Assembly: GCA_964187785.1 (NCBI GenBank)
Contig: OZ076413.1
Coordinates: 47,680,001-47,744,000, forward strand
Reading direction: 5' to 3'
Length of the DNA: 64,000 nt
DNA from: Amphiscolops sp. MND2022
Lineage: Eukaryota
In this document: positions 60,601 through 64,000 of the stretch, in pieces
Layout of the letters: every line of letters begins with the position of its first letter
How positions within the stretch are numbered: position 1 is the stretch's first letter
Program-made: the position numbers and the translations under genes
Notes under the pieces: generated by a model
The model's database searches: none
The model's input: the letters and a program-made list of their open reading frames with translations, nothing else
Told to the model about the DNA's origin: nothing

Positions 60601-62889
60601 AAAGAATTCCTCGCAATATATCATGCATTCCTTGAATATAGTCACATTCTCTGGGAAACAACACTACCTACACTAGTACTGACAGACAACAGATCAGTAA
60701 CGAGATTTTTCCAGACGAAAACAACGCCACCCGCTCTCTGGAATGCCTGCGACTATGTACTCCAGTTCAAATTCCGCATCATGCACGTAGCTGGCTCGCA
60801 AAATACAGCAGCCGACTTCCTGTCTCGCCTCGAATTAACTCCAAAAGAGAGAATCCAACTCAAATTGCGAGACGACATCATAACGGCACCTATCGAGGTT
60901 AACCTACAGTCTACAGATGTTGCGGACGAAGAACAACTCTTTTTCCTGCCAGACGAAGAAGAGGAATCAGAACAAGAAATTTTCGCCAGGAAAGCCCTTA
61001 GCAAACAACGAGCAATAGACGAAAAGGAACAACAAAACTTGACAACGGAAGTCACAGAAACAGTGCACATACCTCTCAACTCAGCAGTATACGCCTTTGG
61101 AGCCATCAAGGAAAACGCCCGCATCCGCAACGAACAGGACGCGGACCCGATATTGAAAGCATTGAAACTACGGCTGCTTCACGAAGAGTACGACAAACAC
61201 CTTCTCAAGACCGAACCCAGAGGACGAAACCTACTACGTCACGAAGAAAGAATAATAGTCAAAGACGGAGTACTCATGCGTAAATACTACGGAGAAGATG
61301 GCACAGTAACACATCACCAAATCCTCATACCGAAACATATAGTACCAGAACTCCTATCGACGCTACATGGAAAAATGAACAAACACCCAGGAACAACCAA
61401 AATGATTCAGGAAAGCCGAGCAAAGTACTACTATCCAGGACTAGCGCGGAAAATTAGAGCCTGGGTAATCAACTGCCCAGATTGCATAGCCAACAAACGA
61501 ATCGACACGCGCCAAATACGTCCTAAAATGCTGAGTAATACAGAATTCACATTCGGACCAGAAGATTCTCTAGAAGTCGATATTCTACCCAATCTACCCT
61601 CATCAAATGGCTACAAACACACCATAACCATGATGGACGTTTTCTCCCGTTATCTGTTCGCATACCCCACTCAAGACATGACTGCCAGAACAGTCGGACG
61701 ATGCATAATTGACGTTATGACACGTCACTGTTATCTGCCTACAGTGATTCTGACTGATAAAGGATCACAATTCCGATCAGATGTCGTGAACCAAATAGCA
61801 CAAACACTGGACATACAGATTAGCCACGCATCGACGAAACATGCACAAACGATTGGAATACTAGAGAGAACGCACGCATCACTAAAGACGTCCCTTAAAA
61901 AATCAACGGGAGAACGCCGTTCAATGTGGCACAAGTACGTACAAATAGCAGTCATGAATTACAATACAAGCTATCACGAGAGCCTAGGCTGCGAACCAAC
62001 AACAGTGTTTCACGGACGCATCCCGTACAACATCCTAGACATCAAACTGGGACTCAAGCCAGAATGGAAAAAAGAAGCCAACGAAGACCTAACGGACGAA
62101 TTACAGAAACAGATAGCTGAGATACATCAATCAGCCAAGGACAACCTTATGCAATCATATTTGAAATATAAGCGATACTATGATAAAAAAGCGACAGCAA
62201 CGCCATTGAAAATCAATGACTATTGCTATGTCCTGAATCCGAAGGCTGATAACCAGTCAATGAAATTCGCTTTCAAAGATTGCATTTGGACGGGACCATA
62301 TATAGTGGTCAAAGTCCTTTCTAACAACAACTATGTCGTAAGACGAACGGGAACAAGATACACTCAAACCCTCCATAGAATTCGCCTAAAGCTATATGCG
62401 CCCAATCAACGAGTACCTGACGTAACCGTCAAAGTGGAAGAACAACTTCCAGATCCAGAGGTTAAAACAACCCACGACGATTGGTACGCGCAAGCTTGGG
62501 AAACCGAATTCGGAGAAGTTCTGTTCGGCAACTCATCGGAAAGAGAAAATGAAGAAGCTAACATCACAGAGCTGCCAGCGGAAGACGCAAATACAACGGA
62601 GCAAGAAACAGTTATAACAACTGCAGACGAAACTTCAATAGCAGAACAAATTCCCTCCGGAAATGAAACGTCGCTCAACCTAGATGTCAGCGATAACCCT
62701 TTCATAATGACCCCACCGCCTATGGAAAGCCCTCCCATACCGCCTACACTCCCGCCTATAGTTGTCGGATACAACCCGAGGAAAGCAGGAAGATACAACT
62801 TACGTCCTAACCCTAAACCTAATGCACATCCCGATTTCCGGATGCTTGACGCAGTCACAACAGAAGAAATACCTCAAACTCAATATTGA
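57681..62889 (+). CDS. pol: Pol (PR, dUTPase-like, RT, RNase H, IN) with one extra base near 58833
   Basis: LVDSGA protease in 57828..58910; removing one G from ACCGGTC restores KPITVKTEEKHTIPAQ.. into 58900..62889; QYVDD, MTDAS, H..H..CPDC, DDE, WTGPY, YNLRPNP. Confidence 0.93.
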
Positions 62890-63062
62890 ATGAAAACACT
62901 CAACGGGCTAAACCGAACCGGAGTAGCTACGTTAAATTTTTGCATCAGATCTCTAAAACTACGTAAAACAAAAGAAAGCTACACATTAGCCAAAGATACA
63001 ACAGCAGATAAAACAATACACAAAGGAAACTATCCATCGATGAAATAGCATCACAGTTTACA

Positions 63063-64000
63063 TCACTTATTAGAAGGCTTTTTCAATTTATGGACTACGT
63101 CTGGATCTTTATCATTTTTCTTGCTCCCTTTCTTCGGCTTTTTCACTCCTCTGGCACCACCCTTCTGCGGTACTACAGGCACTTCACGTGTCGGCTTAGG
63201 TCTCTTCGCATCAGAAGTGGTTGCAGCACTCTTTCCAACAGATAAACCACAAGAAAGCTTAGATGACCCCGAACGCCCACTCCCAGCATCACTACTAGCA
63301 GTTCTAGTACATTGATCCATACGAGCCAGCCGGTTGGTCTTATTACAATCAACATAATGCGCCTCGTACTCTTTCCGGCGCTGCAACAACAATTTGTGAC
63401 ACGACTCATTGTGGGAAGAAACAAACGAGTCATACGTTGGGCCCACGAAATCCTTCCACAAATTGATCTCACCACACACAAAGAAAACCCCAGCTTCATC
63501 TACAGCGGCTCGAACTGCATCCATAGTCTGACCGGTGAAGAAACGTTGATGACAGTAACCAGGACTTAACACATATGACTGCACCAACTTGATACAATTC
63601 TGCAACGCGTCCTCACGCAGTGAACTACCACTGAGGCTGATAGATACAGATGGATAAACCACATCCAGGGTCTCGATCGTCAAACAACAGAGCTTAAAGA
63701 TACGCATCAAACGCTCTCGAGGCTGAAAACTAAAATCGCCCAACAAATACTCCACTATATCTTTGACACTGCTAGCAGACTGCCCGGAACTACGGTGCTG
63801 ACCCCGCTTCTCAATCACATAACTGCTAAACTCGTCCACAGCACAGCGGGACTCCTCAGCAGTTATCAATTTACACGTCTTCAATAACGGCACAAATCTG
63901 CAAACAAGGCAAATACACCATGGTCGTCGCCTTCGAACAAGATCTCAGGGCAGAAACTGTATAGACAACTTGACACTCCCGATGTCACACTCACACTACC
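63063..64000 (-). CDS. 3' end of the antisense accessory gene of element C (homolog of 4389..8324); frameshift near 63885
   Basis: AVDEF..RERLMRIFKLCCLTI..YPSV..VQSYV aligns with VRDEY..RKHLFHIFQLSCLCL..LPAV..AQSYL; upstream SGVSSCLYSFCPEIL aligns with AGIVRGLGCFDPMAL; basic tail in both. Confidence 0.75.

Larger units (their letters stand above)
54306..64000 (+). mobile_element. Ty3/Gypsy element C; 3' end outside the window
   Basis: 5' LTR, PBS, gag, -1 frameshift site, pol and antisense ORF; inserted into a copy of the 22965-type repeat. Confidence 0.92.

Overview
AT-rich eukaryotic DNA with GT-AG introns, probably from an invertebrate animal, dominated by Ty3/Gypsy LTR retrotransposons. 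The only host gene I can support is a minus-strand histidine acid phosphatase (ACPP/ACP2-like; six exons, 20450-30763). Its introns and flanks hold decayed Gypsy, Tc1 and hAT remnants, non-autonomous TIR elements, a tRNA-derived SINE and two hairpins. Three large Gypsy elements stand out. Element A (1-11887, +) and element C (54306 to beyond 64000, +) are divergent relatives. Both carry a homologous gene on the opposite strand downstream of pol. In A it reconstructs as a 4-exon, ~1200-aa protein with a BED-like zinc finger and a catalytically dead hAT-transposase-like core. A also has an extra sense ORF with a SIM-like motif in or near its 3' LTR. In this clade the LTR itself encodes the Gag N-terminus, seen in five LTRs here. 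Element B (32486-47249, -) is intact and very young: apparently identical 722-bp LTRs and a 6-bp TSD. It encodes a 2998-aa polyprotein with a pseudo-protease/protease pair and two C-terminal TARG1/OARD1-like macrodomains. All domain calls are by-eye motif recognition, not database searches.
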